A stretch of 42,290 nucleotides of DNA, the filler included, from Candidatus Woesearchaeota archaeon (GTDB lineage Archaea > Nanobdellota > Nanobdellia > Woesearchaeales > BM511), in assembly GCA_023266675.1 (NCBI GenBank). It is 3 parts of 3 records of this genome, joined end to end, with 100 filler letters (N's around TTAATTAATTAA, not from the genome) between each part and the next. Parts side by side here need not be neighbours in the genome. Positions count along the whole stretch, not along the records: positions 28,477 to 42,290 come from JAHFPP010000038.1; 2 more parts are not named here. One strand, 5' to 3'. The position numbers were made by a program, and so were the translations under genes. Shown here one piece after another: positions 29,046 through 38,544 of the stretch. Positions within the stretch are counted from its first letter, which is position 1; the number at the start of each line of letters is the position of its first letter. The notes below the pieces were generated by a model that ran no database searches, had not been told where the DNA came from, and was given only the letters and a program-made list of their open reading frames with translations.

Positions 29046-29450
29046 TTATTCAGTGACTTTTAAAGTTCCCCACTGACCGCCTGCTCTGTGCCCTGGAACT
29101 GAACAGTAGTAGATGAAGTCTCCAACTTTGTCAGCTGTGAATTCAATAACTGTTTCCTGATTTAAAGGTGTCATTTCCTTAATTCCGTATTCATCAATTG
29201 TAAAATCGTGACTTCCTTTTGTGTTTGTGATTTTTACTCGAACTTTGTCTCCTTTCTTAACGTCAATTTCTTTAAGTGAGAACCATTTTCCTTTGTCATC
29301 ATAATAAGACGTCATGGAAAATTCTTTGACAGCTGCGGCGTTTTGTGCAGTATTTGCTGCTGTGTTGGTTGCTTGTCCTTGCTGCTGGCTGCATCCTGCT
29401 AGGGCAACTAATCCAAGCACTAAAAACATTATTAAAACATATTTTCTCAT
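29046..29450 (-). CDS. cupredoxin-domain lipoprotein
   Basis: Lipobox LAGC; HDF...YYCSVPGHRAGGQ type-1 Cu ligand set. Confidence 0.88.
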   Translation of the reverse strand: MRKYVLIMFLVLGLVALAGCSQQQGQATNTAANTAQNAAAVKEFSMTSYYDDKGKWFSLKEIDVKKGDKVRVKITNTKGSHDFTIDEYGIKEMTPLNQETVIEFTADKVGDFIYYCSVPGHRAGGQWGTLKVTE

Positions 29451-29686
29451 TTTTCCACCTCAAAAGTGCATATTTGCACAATTATACTCTAAACAACTTT
29501 GAAGGGTGATTTCGTATTTTATTTAAATATGATGTTTAACAAGAATTAATATAGATGAGATTGTAAGAGGATAAATGAATAATTTTAATATAAAAAAGTA
29601 GAAAGTACTCAAAAAGTTTAAATGGTTCTGTAAGATACCATATTGTTTCCAAAAAGTTTATAACAAACAATTATTTAATCTAGTTT

Positions 29687-30439
29687 ATGGCAGAAAGAGA
29701 TGATATTGTAAAGTTCCTTAACAAAGAGTTAAATGTAAAAAAAATTAGAGATTCATCCAAAAATGGACTTCAGGTTAAAGGAAACCATGAAATTAAAAAA
29801 ATTGGTTTTGCTGTTGACGCGTGCCTTGAGACTTTTGAAAAAGCAAAAAAAGAAGGATGTGATATGGTGATTGTCCACCACGGAATCTACTGGAAAAAAA
29901 GTTATTCATCAGATAAGATAACAAACAAGAGAGCTGATTACTTAAGAAAAAATAATATATCGCTTTACGCATCGCATCTTCCTTTGGATTTGCACAATAA
30001 ATATGGAAACAACATTGAACTTTGTAGGATACTTGGATTGAAAAATGTAAAGAAGTTCGGAAAATATCATGGTGTCCCAATAGGATACCAAGGGAGATTT
30101 GATAAGCCTGTTAATATTATTAGTATATCAAAAAGTCTAGATAAAAAACTTAATACTAAATCTGTAATTTCTGCCAAAAAAGTTATGATAAGAAGCGTTG
30201 GTGTAATTAGCGGCGGCGGAATCTCATGCCTTGAAGAAGCAGAATATAAAAAGCTAGACTGTTTCATTACAGGCGAAGAATACCATTCGTCATTTCATGA
30301 CATAAAGGAATCAAAAATCAGTGTTATTCTTTCAGGCCACTACGCAACCGAAACACTTGGTGTCAAGGCACTGATACCGCTTCTTAAAGAAAAGTTTAAT
30401 GTAAATACAGTGTTTATTGACGCACCGACAAAATTATAG
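29687..30439 (+). CDS. Nif3-like dinuclear metal-centre protein (YbgI family)
   Basis: NGLQV, VHHG, SHLPLDLH, GNN, TGE, GHYATE. Confidence 0.95.
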   Translation: MAERDDIVKFLNKELNVKKIRDSSKNGLQVKGNHEIKKIGFAVDACLETFEKAKKEGCDMVIVHHGIYWKKSYSSDKITNKRADYLRKNNISLYASHLPLDLHNKYGNNIELCRILGLKNVKKFGKYHGVPIGYQGRFDKPVNIISISKSLDKKLNTKSVISAKKVMIRSVGVISGGGISCLEEAEYKKLDCFITGEEYHSSFHDIKESKISVILSGHYATETLGVKALIPLLKEKFNVNTVFIDAPTKL

Positions 30440-30576
30440 AGTTAGTATTATGGATAAATATTTCTTCATTAATAGTATTAGTGCCCCTATACTTTGTCGT
30501 TATAAGAAATATGTCATGATAATTAAGTTATGAGATATAGAAATCTTTAAATAAAGTCTTAATTCTTTTTGTCTTT

Positions 30577-31872
30577 ATGACATATAAGCCGGGCGACAGC
30601 GTAAAAGTTTTTACAAAAGAAGAGACTATTGAAGGAGTAGTGCTGCCAAGACCTGAAATGCTTGAAGGAGATTTTCTGATAATAAAGCTTGAAAATGGTT
30701 ATAATATAGGAGTAGACAAGAAAAAAATTGAAAAAATTGAATTAATAAAGAAAGCAATACCTCCACTTATTCAAAAAAAAGAAATTATAACCAATCCTAA
30801 TCTTCCAAATATTTCAATCCTCTCTTATGGAGGAACAATATCGTCAAAAATAGATTACAAGACAGGAGGGGTTTACGCAGACCTCACAGCAGAGGATTTT
30901 GTAGCTATGTGCCCTGAACTCGAAAAAATAGCTAATCTTAAGGCAAAAAAAGAGATGAACATGATGTCTGAAGATTTTGATTGGAACGTTTGGGAGCGCA
31001 TCGCAAAGGATGTTGAAAGAGAGCTAAACAGCGGACAGGATGGGGTTGTCATTACACAAGGTACTGACACTCTCCATTACACAACTGCAGCGCTATCATT
31101 TTTTCTAAGAAATATTTCAAAACCAATAATAGTAACAGCATCACAGCGTAGCATTGACCGCGGTTCAAGCGACGCTTTCATAAACCTTATCTGCTCAGTA
31201 AAAGCAGCTGCAAATTTTGACGGCGCTGGAGTGTATTCATGTCTTCATGGAACTAACAATGATGATTACTGCCTCCTGATAAGAGGAACAAAAGTTCGAA
31301 AGATGCATACATCAAGAAGAGATGCGTTTAGACCAATAAACGAACTCCCAATAGCAAAAGTGTATCCTTCTGAAAAAGAAATTGAGATAATCAATAAGAA
31401 TTATGTTAATAAAAACAATGGGAAAGTAATTCATAATACTAATCATGAAAAAAAGATTGCAATGATATATGTGCATCCAGGTATAAATCCAAAAATAATA
31501 GATTTCTATCTTGAGAATAATTATAAAGGGATAGTTATAATGGCAACTGCCCTAGGACACGTTCCTACAATAATAGAAGAAAACTCATTTTTACCGTTTC
31601 TAAAAAAATGCAAAGAGAAAGCAATACCTGTTGTTATTGCAACCCAAACAGTATATGGTCGAGTTCACCCGCTTGTATATACAAACCTAAGAAAACTGTC
31701 AATTGAATATGACTGCATTTATGTCGAAGACATGCTTCCTGAAGTAGCTTACATAAAGCTTGGATGGGCGCTTGGACAAACACAAAACAAAAAGGAAGTT
31801 AAAGAATTAATGCAAAAAAATATTTCATATGAAATGAATGAAAGAATTGATGAAGAAAACTTTTTGTACTAA
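30577..31872 (+). CDS. gatD: Glu-tRNA(Gln) amidotransferase subunit D
   Basis: KLENGYNIG, GGTISSKIDY, GTDT, SQRSIDRGSSD, KMHTSRRDAF. Confidence 0.97.
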   Translation: MTYKPGDSVKVFTKEETIEGVVLPRPEMLEGDFLIIKLENGYNIGVDKKKIEKIELIKKAIPPLIQKKEIITNPNLPNISILSYGGTISSKIDYKTGGVYADLTAEDFVAMCPELEKIANLKAKKEMNMMSEDFDWNVWERIAKDVERELNSGQDGVVITQGTDTLHYTTAALSFFLRNISKPIIVTASQRSIDRGSSDAFINLICSVKAAANFDGAGVYSCLHGTNNDDYCLLIRGTKVRKMHTSRRDAFRPINELPIAKVYPSEKEIEIINKNYVNKNNGKVIHNTNHEKKIAMIYVHPGINPKIIDFYLENNYKGIVIMATALGHVPTIIEENSFLPFLKKCKEKAIPVVIATQTVYGRVHPLVYTNLRKLSIEYDCIYVEDMLPEVAYIKLGWALGQTQNKKEVKELMQKNISYEMNERIDEENFLY

Positions 31873-31887
31873 ACAAAGAATAAAAAA

Positions 31888-33684
31888 ATGACTGAAAAAA
31901 TTGATTATGAAAAGATTGGATTAATGTGCGGCATTGAAGTTCACCAGCAGATTGATACGAATAAGTTATTTTGCAGCTGCCCAAGCATTGTAAGAGATGA
32001 CAAGCATGAGTATGAGGTAAAAAGAAACCTCCGGGCAGTAGTTGGCGAAACTGGAGAAATAGACGTGGCAGCTGCGCATGAACAAAGCAAAGAAAAACAT
32101 TTTCTGTATTACGGATACAAGGATTCTACATGCCTTGTAGAGCTTGATGAAGAACCACCGCATGTCATGAATAAGGAAGCGCTTGATATCGTTCTTCAAA
32201 CATCATTAATGCTTAATGCAAAGATAGTTGACGAAATACAGGTTATGCGTAAAACAGTAATTGACGGCTCAAACACCACAGGTTTTCAAAGAACTGCGCT
32301 TGTTGCAAGAGGAGGAATTATAGAAACCAAAAGCGGAAAAGTCGGCATACCAACTATTTCTATTGAAGAAGAATCATGCAAAATAGTTAAGCGTGAGAAA
32401 GAATTTGATATATACAATCTTTCAAGGCTTGGAATACCACTTATTGAAATAGGGACATCCCCAGATATAAAAACACCTGTTCATGCGCGTGAAGTTGCAG
32501 AAAAATTAGGGATGATACTTCGAAGCACTGGAAAAGTAAAGAGAGGAATTGGAACAATAAGGCAGGATGTTAATATATCAATAAAAAATGGAGTACGTGT
32601 GGAAATAAAAGGCGCTCAGGATTTAAAGTCATTGGCAAAGCTTGTTGAAAATGAAGTTGTCAGACAACAAAGCCTTCACACACTTTCAAAGAATATTCAT
32701 GTCTCAAAAGTACATGACCTTACAAAAATGCTTGAAAAAACTTCATCAAAGGTGCTAAGAAAAACACTTGACAACAGTGGAGCTGTGCTTGGCATAAAGA
32801 TAGAAGGATTCTCCGGAAAATTCAAGTGGGAGATATGTGAAGGGAAAAGATTTGGAACAGAGCTGTCTGATTACGCAAAGGCAATTGCAAACGTTGGCGG
32901 ACTGTTTCATACTGACGAGCTTCCAAATTATGGAATAAGTGAGGATGAAGTTGAATCGATAAAAAAAGAACTTCATGTAAAAGAGAATGATGCATTTATA
33001 ATAATTGCTGACAACAAAAAAGTTGCAGAAAAGGCGCTTGAAGCAGTTACGTTCAGAATTCATAATCCGCTGATTAAGGAAGTAAGAAAGGCCAATGAAG
33101 ATGCAACAACAACATTTTTACGTCCTATGCCTGGTGCTGCAAGAATGTACCCGGAAACTGACACCGTACCAATAGTTCCTGATGTGAAACATATTAAGCT
33201 CCCTGAACTTATTGAGGATAAGATAAAAAGATTTGAAAAAGAGTATGGACTATCAAGTGACATCGCAACACCAATAGTGAAAGAAGGAATGGAATTTGAG
33301 GCTATTGTCAGGAAGTACAAAAAAATAACTCCGTTATTTATTGGTAATCTTTTAATAAATACCCCAAGGGAGATAAAACGAAGATATCTGAAAGATGTTG
33401 ACGTTATGATCCACATTGATGAAATACTGCCAAAACTTGAGAATGGAGAGATAACAAATGAGGCTGTCTTTGAGATATTTGTTGATATAGCAAACGGAAA
33501 CAGAATTGACTATTCAAAATACTCACAATTAAACGAGAAAGAAATTGATAAAGAAATAGAAAACATAATTTCTGATAACAAAGATAAAAGTAGCGGTGCA
33601 ATTATGGGGATTGTGATGAATAAGTTCCGTGGAAAAATTGACGGCAAAAAGGTTTCTGAAATTGTTAATAGGCATTTGAAGTAA
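31888..33684 (+). CDS. gatE: Glu-tRNA(Gln) amidotransferase subunit E
   Basis: GIEVHQQ, DEEPPH, MRKTVIDGSNTTGFQRT, RGIGTIRQDVN, RPMPGAARMYPETD. Confidence 0.97.
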   Translation: MTEKIDYEKIGLMCGIEVHQQIDTNKLFCSCPSIVRDDKHEYEVKRNLRAVVGETGEIDVAAAHEQSKEKHFLYYGYKDSTCLVELDEEPPHVMNKEALDIVLQTSLMLNAKIVDEIQVMRKTVIDGSNTTGFQRTALVARGGIIETKSGKVGIPTISIEEESCKIVKREKEFDIYNLSRLGIPLIEIGTSPDIKTPVHAREVAEKLGMILRSTGKVKRGIGTIRQDVNISIKNGVRVEIKGAQDLKSLAKLVENEVVRQQSLHTLSKNIHVSKVHDLTKMLEKTSSKVLRKTLDNSGAVLGIKIEGFSGKFKWEICEGKRFGTELSDYAKAIANVGGLFHTDELPNYGISEDEVESIKKELHVKENDAFIIIADNKKVAEKALEAVTFRIHNPLIKEVRKANEDATTTFLRPMPGAARMYPETDTVPIVPDVKHIKLPELIEDKIKRFEKEYGLSSDIATPIVKEGMEFEAIVRKYKKITPLFIGNLLINTPREIKRRYLKDVDVMIHIDEILPKLENGEITNEAVFEIFVDIANGNRIDYSKYSQLNEKEIDKEIENIISDNKDKSSGAIMGIVMNKFRGKIDGKKVSEIVNRHLK

Positions 33685-33742
33685 GCATTGATTGTCCTAA
33701 TTAGAACTGTTTTAATTATTAATTTAAAGATTATTTTCTTGT

Positions 33743-34714
33743 TTATTTAAAATCCCAAAGCCCTTTAAATGTTATTATTGAAAGACCTATAAGTGTTATA
33801 ACTGAATCTTTTGCCCTTATAATTATTGACGCCGCGATACCAAGCGAAGAGCTTAAATTCAAGATTGAAAATGCGGAAAGCTGCCCTGCTTCAAGAACCC
33901 CTACTGCAGCAGGTATCGGTATCATGTAAGCAAATCCGACAAAACTTATTACAACAAAAAGTTGTATGATGTTTGCGTTAAACCCTAGTATAAGGAAAAG
34001 AAGTTTGTACTCTAAAAACATAAATATCCACATTGAGAAACTTAGGAGCAATGATATAAAAAATGTCAATTTATGATTTCTAAAAAACATATTTATGTTA
34101 TCATCTGTTTTCTTTATATCTTCGTCTATATTCTTAAAAGATTTTATTCTGTCAAGTCTTAAAAATTTGTAAATTGAATGAAGAGTGTTTCCTTTTTTTA
34201 CAAATGCAATAAACGCCCAGACAAGGAGAATAATGCATATTGATGAAAGTATTATAAGATTAATTTTTTCCTGCCTTTGAAGTGTAAAGCTTAATATCGT
34301 AATCATTATGCCTATAAAAACAAAAAACCCGTTGGATATAATTTCAAGTGATTTGTCAATAAAAATCGACGACACTCCTTCGGAATACGGGACATTATTC
34401 TCTTTTAGCATTGCAGCCTTTAAAGGCTCCCCGCCAATGTGTGCCGTTGGAGTAATATAATTAATGCTGTACCCCATTATCTGAAAAATAAAAAGTTTTC
34501 TAAAAGGAATATTATGATTTGTTGTTTTTAGTATAATCTTCCATTTAAGTGTGTGTACGGCAAGAATCAGGAAAACCAAGAAAATGTAGGACAATAAGAT
34601 ATAAAGTGGCGCTTCCCTAAATGGAAGAAGAATTTTTCCAATTGAAGAGTATATGATAACCGTGAGTATAACTCCGAGTAATAGTGATATTGTGAAGATA
34701 AATCTTTTGTTCAT
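33743..34714 (-). CDS. lysylphosphatidylglycerol-synthase TM-domain / flippase-like membrane protein (UPF0104)
   Basis: NYITPTAHIGGEP, PAAVGVLEAG, many TMs. Start moved to ATG 34714 because the longer call overlaps the tRNA. Confidence 0.88.
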   Translation of the reverse strand: MNKRFIFTISLLLGVILTVIIYSSIGKILLPFREAPLYILLSYIFLVFLILAVHTLKWKIILKTTNHNIPFRKLFIFQIMGYSINYITPTAHIGGEPLKAAMLKENNVPYSEGVSSIFIDKSLEIISNGFFVFIGIMITILSFTLQRQEKINLIILSSICIILLVWAFIAFVKKGNTLHSIYKFLRLDRIKSFKNIDEDIKKTDDNINMFFRNHKLTFFISLLLSFSMWIFMFLEYKLLFLILGFNANIIQLFVVISFVGFAYMIPIPAAVGVLEAGQLSAFSILNLSSSLGIAASIIIRAKDSVITLIGLSIITFKGLWDFK

Positions 34715-34763
34715 ATTAATTAAATGATTTGAAGAGTTTAAATAGTTTGCTGGATTAGTAAAG

Positions 34764-34838
34764 CGCACGTGAGAGGATTTGAACCCCCGACCCTCACATT
34801 AGGAGTGTGATGCTCTATCCAGTCTGAGCTACACGTGC
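34764..34838 (-). tRNA. tRNA-Arg(CCU), intronless, no encoded CCA
   Basis: Acceptor GCACGTG/CACGTGC, D arm GCTC/GAGC, anticodon arm TCACA-CTCCTAA-TGTGA, T loop TTCAAAT. Confidence 0.96.
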
Positions 34839-34943
34839 ATTTATTATAAGAAAATACAATTATTTTTTAAAACTATAGGTAAAAAAGCAGTTTATTGTAG
34901 AAAAAGAGCTGTTTTTTAAATATATTAAAAATAATAAAGTAAA

Positions 34944-35882
34944 ATGTACAAAATCAAACAGATTCCGGAAGATTTTATTGTGATGGAGATTAATAAACTG
35001 GATTTTGACGAAAACGGCGAGTACTCATATTATCTTTTAAAAAAGAAAAACTACAATACGATTGACGCGATAAGTAAAGTTTGCAATATTTTTAGGGTTG
35101 ATGATAAATTTGCAAATTTTGCAGGTACAAAGGATAGAGTTGCAGTTACAGAGCAATATATTTCAATTAACAGAGGACCAGAAAAAGATTTGAATTTGAA
35201 TGATATTGAATTAAAATTTCTTGGGCATGGTAAAGAGCGACTTAATCTTGGAATGCTTGATGGTAATGTGTTTGAGATAACTGTAAGAAATATAATAAAG
35301 ATACCAAAGAAAAATGAAAAACTTCTGATAATAAATTATTTTGACGACCAGAGATTTGGAAAGAACAATGATAACCATATCATTGGAAAACTGATAATAA
35401 AAGGAAAATTTGAAGAAGCCTGTAAAATGCTTCCTGAATGCGAAGCTATACTAAGTGGCAGCCCAAATAATTTTGTTGGAGCTTTAAGAAGCATCCCAAA
35501 AAAAATATTGAAGCTGTACATACACGCTTATCAGTCACATCTTTGGAATAAAACTGCTGAAGAAATATCCAAAAAACAGAAAACCAACATAAAAATCCCG
35601 ATAATTGGTTTTGGAACTGAATTCAATGAGAAAAAGATAGAAAAAATATGCGAAAAAATACTAAAAGAAGAAAATGTGAATTTAAGGGAATTCATTATCA
35701 GGAAAATTCCTGACCTGTCAGATGAGGGAACAAAAAGAGATTTATATGTAATACCAAAAAATCTTGATATTGGAAAGCTTGAAGATGATGAACTTAATTC
35801 CGGAATGCAAAAAGTGAAGATAAAGTTTTTTCTGCCGCCAGGCGCATATGCGACAAATGTTATTAAGAGTTTATTTGAATAA
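34944..35882 (+). CDS. truD: tRNA pseudouridine(13) synthase TruD
   Basis: IKQIPEDFIV, catalytic AGTKDRVAVTEQ, GNVFEI, NYFDDQRFG, HAYQS, FFLPPGAYAT. Confidence 0.95.
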   Translation: MYKIKQIPEDFIVMEINKLDFDENGEYSYYLLKKKNYNTIDAISKVCNIFRVDDKFANFAGTKDRVAVTEQYISINRGPEKDLNLNDIELKFLGHGKERLNLGMLDGNVFEITVRNIIKIPKKNEKLLIINYFDDQRFGKNNDNHIIGKLIIKGKFEEACKMLPECEAILSGSPNNFVGALRSIPKKILKLYIHAYQSHLWNKTAEEISKKQKTNIKIPIIGFGTEFNEKKIEKICEKILKEENVNLREFIIRKIPDLSDEGTKRDLYVIPKNLDIGKLEDDELNSGMQKVKIKFFLPPGAYATNVIKSLFE

Positions 35883-35898
35883 TTAAAAAGAATTAAGT

Positions 35899-36525
35899 TT
35901 ATCTCTCAAGTTTCTTCACAATGTCTTTGAAGACTTTCTCTATTGGCTGCTCGCCGTTGATATCAATTATTTTTCCTAGATTAGTGTAATGCTCGATTAA
36001 TGGTTTTGTTTTCTCGTGGTAAACTTTTAGCCTTTTTCTTATTGTTTCAGGCTTGTCGTCATCTCTCTGAAAAAGCGGTTTTTGGCATACGTCACAGACG
36101 CCCATTTTCTTTGGCGGATTAAGTGTTACGTGATAAACGTGCCCATTGATACACGTTCGTCTCCCTGCAATCCGATTTATTGCTTCTTTGTCTTTTGTGC
36201 TTATGTTTATTGCAAACTCGGTCTCAAGGAATCCTTCAAGCATGTCTGCCTGCTCAATGTTTCTTGGAAAGCCATCAAGTATGTAACCGTTTTTGCAGTC
36301 ATCTTCCAAGAGTCTTTTTTTAATTATTCCAAATGTTATGTCATCAGGAACAAGCTTTCCTTGGTTTATTATATCCTCAGCAAGTTTACCAAGTTCTGTT
36401 TTTTGCTTGATGTTCTCCCTGAATATGTCACCTGTAGAAATATGAGGAATACCATATTTTAATGAAAGTCTTTTTGCCTGCGTTCCTTTTCCGCATCCCT
36501 GAGGACCTATTATTAGTAGATTCAT
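35899..36525 (-). CDS. adk: adenylate kinase (bacterial-type, with LID domain)
   Basis: GPQGCGKGTQ, HISTGDIFR, GKLVPD, ILDGFPR, QRDDD. Confidence 0.96.
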   Translation of the reverse strand: MNLLIIGPQGCGKGTQAKRLSLKYGIPHISTGDIFRENIKQKTELGKLAEDIINQGKLVPDDITFGIIKKRLLEDDCKNGYILDGFPRNIEQADMLEGFLETEFAINISTKDKEAINRIAGRRTCINGHVYHVTLNPPKKMGVCDVCQKPLFQRDDDKPETIRKRLKVYHEKTKPLIEHYTNLGKIIDINGEQPIEKVFKDIVKKLER

Positions 36526-36529
36526 AAAA

Positions 36530-37012
36530 TCAACCCAAATAATTTAAGATATCTTCGTTAGTATTTGTTTCAGAGTCCCATATATCCCGGAATAAGACAA
36601 GCTGTTTTTTTATTCCTTCTTTTAGATGCTGCCATTCTTTGTAGAATTCCTTTATGTACTCGGCTTCCGCGCGTTCATCATATGTCAAAGAAAGTATATT
36701 TGCGTCCCTACCGTACCTCATAAGTCGTTTGTATATCTTGAAAAGTTCTGTTTTGCTCTCTTCATCAAAAACTTTTGATTCGTAAATATTTGAAAGTGTT
36801 GCGTCTCCTTCAAATATATTGCCAAGAACACTAATGTAGAAATCTATCTTATCACTCATTTTTCTTCTTATCTTTGAAAGAACGTATTTGTCTGTCTCTT
36901 CATCCATCATCCCAAAATCATTTTCCAGGCTGTCAAAAGACGGCAAGTTAAACTTTTTCTGCAAGGGTTGGTATTCTTTTTTCAGTTCATTTTCATCTGT
37001 TTTTTCAGCCAT
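36530..37012 (-). CDS. hypothetical alpha-helical protein
   Basis: 160-aa ORF 4 nt upstream of adk, ending in YLG. Confidence 0.8.
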   Translation of the reverse strand: MAEKTDENELKKEYQPLQKKFNLPSFDSLENDFGMMDEETDKYVLSKIRRKMSDKIDFYISVLGNIFEGDATLSNIYESKVFDEESKTELFKIYKRLMRYGRDANILSLTYDERAEAEYIKEFYKEWQHLKEGIKKQLVLFRDIWDSETNTNEDILNYLG

Positions 37013-37123
37013 AATATCACATTTATCAGTTGATTAAACACCAAATAACCGCTTATTTATAAAAACTGCGTTTTTGTAAGTCGATAACCAAATGAATGTG
37101 ATTAATAGTAGTGAAAGCATTGA

Positions 37124-37684
37124 TTATCTATATTTGTCATGTTTTAAATTAAGAAATGATAAAGATATTATGCCTAAAAACCCTGTAAAGGCCATAATTG
37201 GAATATTAATGAATCCGAATATTGTAAGGTACCCTACAAAACAAGAAGGTCCTGAAGCTGAACATAAGGTTACAGTTGATTGATAAGTGAATATCCCTAT
37301 ATTGTGATAAATTGATATCAAAATACCGATTATGCTTAATGGAAGTGTGTAATATTGAAAATCCTTTCTTTTGAAATACAGTGCGGACGCAAGGATTGCT
37401 GCCTGCGAATACATGAATATTCTTTGAAACCAACAAAGCTTGCACGGTTCTATACCTGCGACTTCTGAGAAGAATAGGCTTCCGCATGTTGAAATTAAAG
37501 CAATTATAAAAACAAGAAGCAGTGCATTGTTTTTTAAGAACTTTATTTGCTTATCAAGAAATTTGGATGAATGTTTTGTTATTTTTTTAATTAAAAGGTA
37601 TAATGAGAAGAAGATGATAATTAAGAGCAAACATATTACTAAAACTGATAATGATTTTGATACAATGTCTACAAGCAGCGTCAT
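37124..37684 (-). CDS. disulfide bond formation protein DsbB/BdbC family
   Basis: EPCKLCWFQRIFMY, second Cys pair CSASGPSC, IPIMAF, TM helices. Confidence 0.92.
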   Translation of the reverse strand: MTLLVDIVSKSLSVLVICLLLIIIFFSLYLLIKKITKHSSKFLDKQIKFLKNNALLLVFIIALISTCGSLFFSEVAGIEPCKLCWFQRIFMYSQAAILASALYFKRKDFQYYTLPLSIIGILISIYHNIGIFTYQSTVTLCSASGPSCFVGYLTIFGFINIPIMAFTGFLGIISLSFLNLKHDKYR

Positions 37685-37743
37685 TTTTTACGTTAAATCA
37701 TGAATATTCAAGATTTTTTAAGATTTTTATTTAATATAAAAAA

Positions 37744-37863
37744 AGCCCCTGGAGGAAATTGCATCCTCGACCTGCAGATTGCTTATCTACAAAAACATTG
37801 TAGCTACAAGTTTCGACAAAGAATTTCTTCTTTCTGCCGCAATAGCTACTATGCTACAGGGGC
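37744..37863 (-). tRNA. tRNA-Thr(UGU) with two introns (37812-37833 at position 30/31; 37780-37804 at position 37/38)
   Basis: Acceptor GCCCCTG/CAGGGGC plus U73. Removing the 22-nt and 25-nt inserts gives GCAGA-CTTGTAA-TCTGC. Each insert forms a BHB-like 4-bp helix with the exon. Confidence 0.88.
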
Positions 37864-37902
37864 ATAGTTATAGACTAAAGAAAAATGTTCTATTTAAAAA
37901 TA

Positions 37903-38544
37903 TTACTCTTTAATACCTAAAATTCCAAGTTTATCTTGATGTTTCGGGTTTGGAAAACCTATTTCTTTATCCCACTTTTTAAGCATTTCATATCCATTAA
38001 TGGTAAGTCTAAGCCCTTCATTCCAATTTGGCTTATTCTTATTTATTGTCCATATTGAAGTTTTATATCCTAAATTTCTAAGAATACTGTTTATTTGTAA
38101 CATCAATTCCTTTGAAACATTGCACATTTCTATTCTTGGATAAATCTTTGTTTTATTAGCAAGAAATGTGTTTATACTTCCATCTGTACTTACAAATCCT
38201 CTTAAAAATGCTTTTTGGAGAGAAACATTTTCACATATCTTTTTAGGAATAATAACCTTATCTTTCTTGCCTAAAGGCAAACCTAATATTTTATGCTTAA
38301 AATTTACAATTTCTTTATTATGAATTCTAAATCCAATTGTTCCTTTTGACCATGGCTTTAAGTTTGGTTTTATACCATAAACTTCATTATACAAAGGAAT
38401 AATGTGATTAGTCATATACTTTTTATCATCGATATGATGACAAGCTAAAGTATAAGTATAAACTCTGTTGTAAATGTTCATGCTTCCGTCACCAACATGA
38501 ACTCCAGTTTCTTCTGCTAATTTCTCGTTAAGTTTAAATTTCAT
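37903..38544 (-). CDS. free-standing LAGLIDADG (DOD, intein-type) endonuclease-like protein
   Basis: Two motifs, LAEETGVHVGDGS and KAFLRGFVSTDGS; IGFPNPKH tail; GGAGGT SD before ATG 38544; no intein splicing domains. Confidence 0.9.
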   Translation of the reverse strand: MKFKLNEKLAEETGVHVGDGSMNIYNRVYTYTLACHHIDDKKYMTNHIIPLYNEVYGIKPNLKPWSKGTIGFRIHNKEIVNFKHKILGLPLGKKDKVIIPKKICENVSLQKAFLRGFVSTDGSINTFLANKTKIYPRIEMCNVSKELMLQINSILRNLGYKTSIWTINKNKPNWNEGLRLTINGYEMLKKWDKEIGFPNPKHQDKLGILGIKE

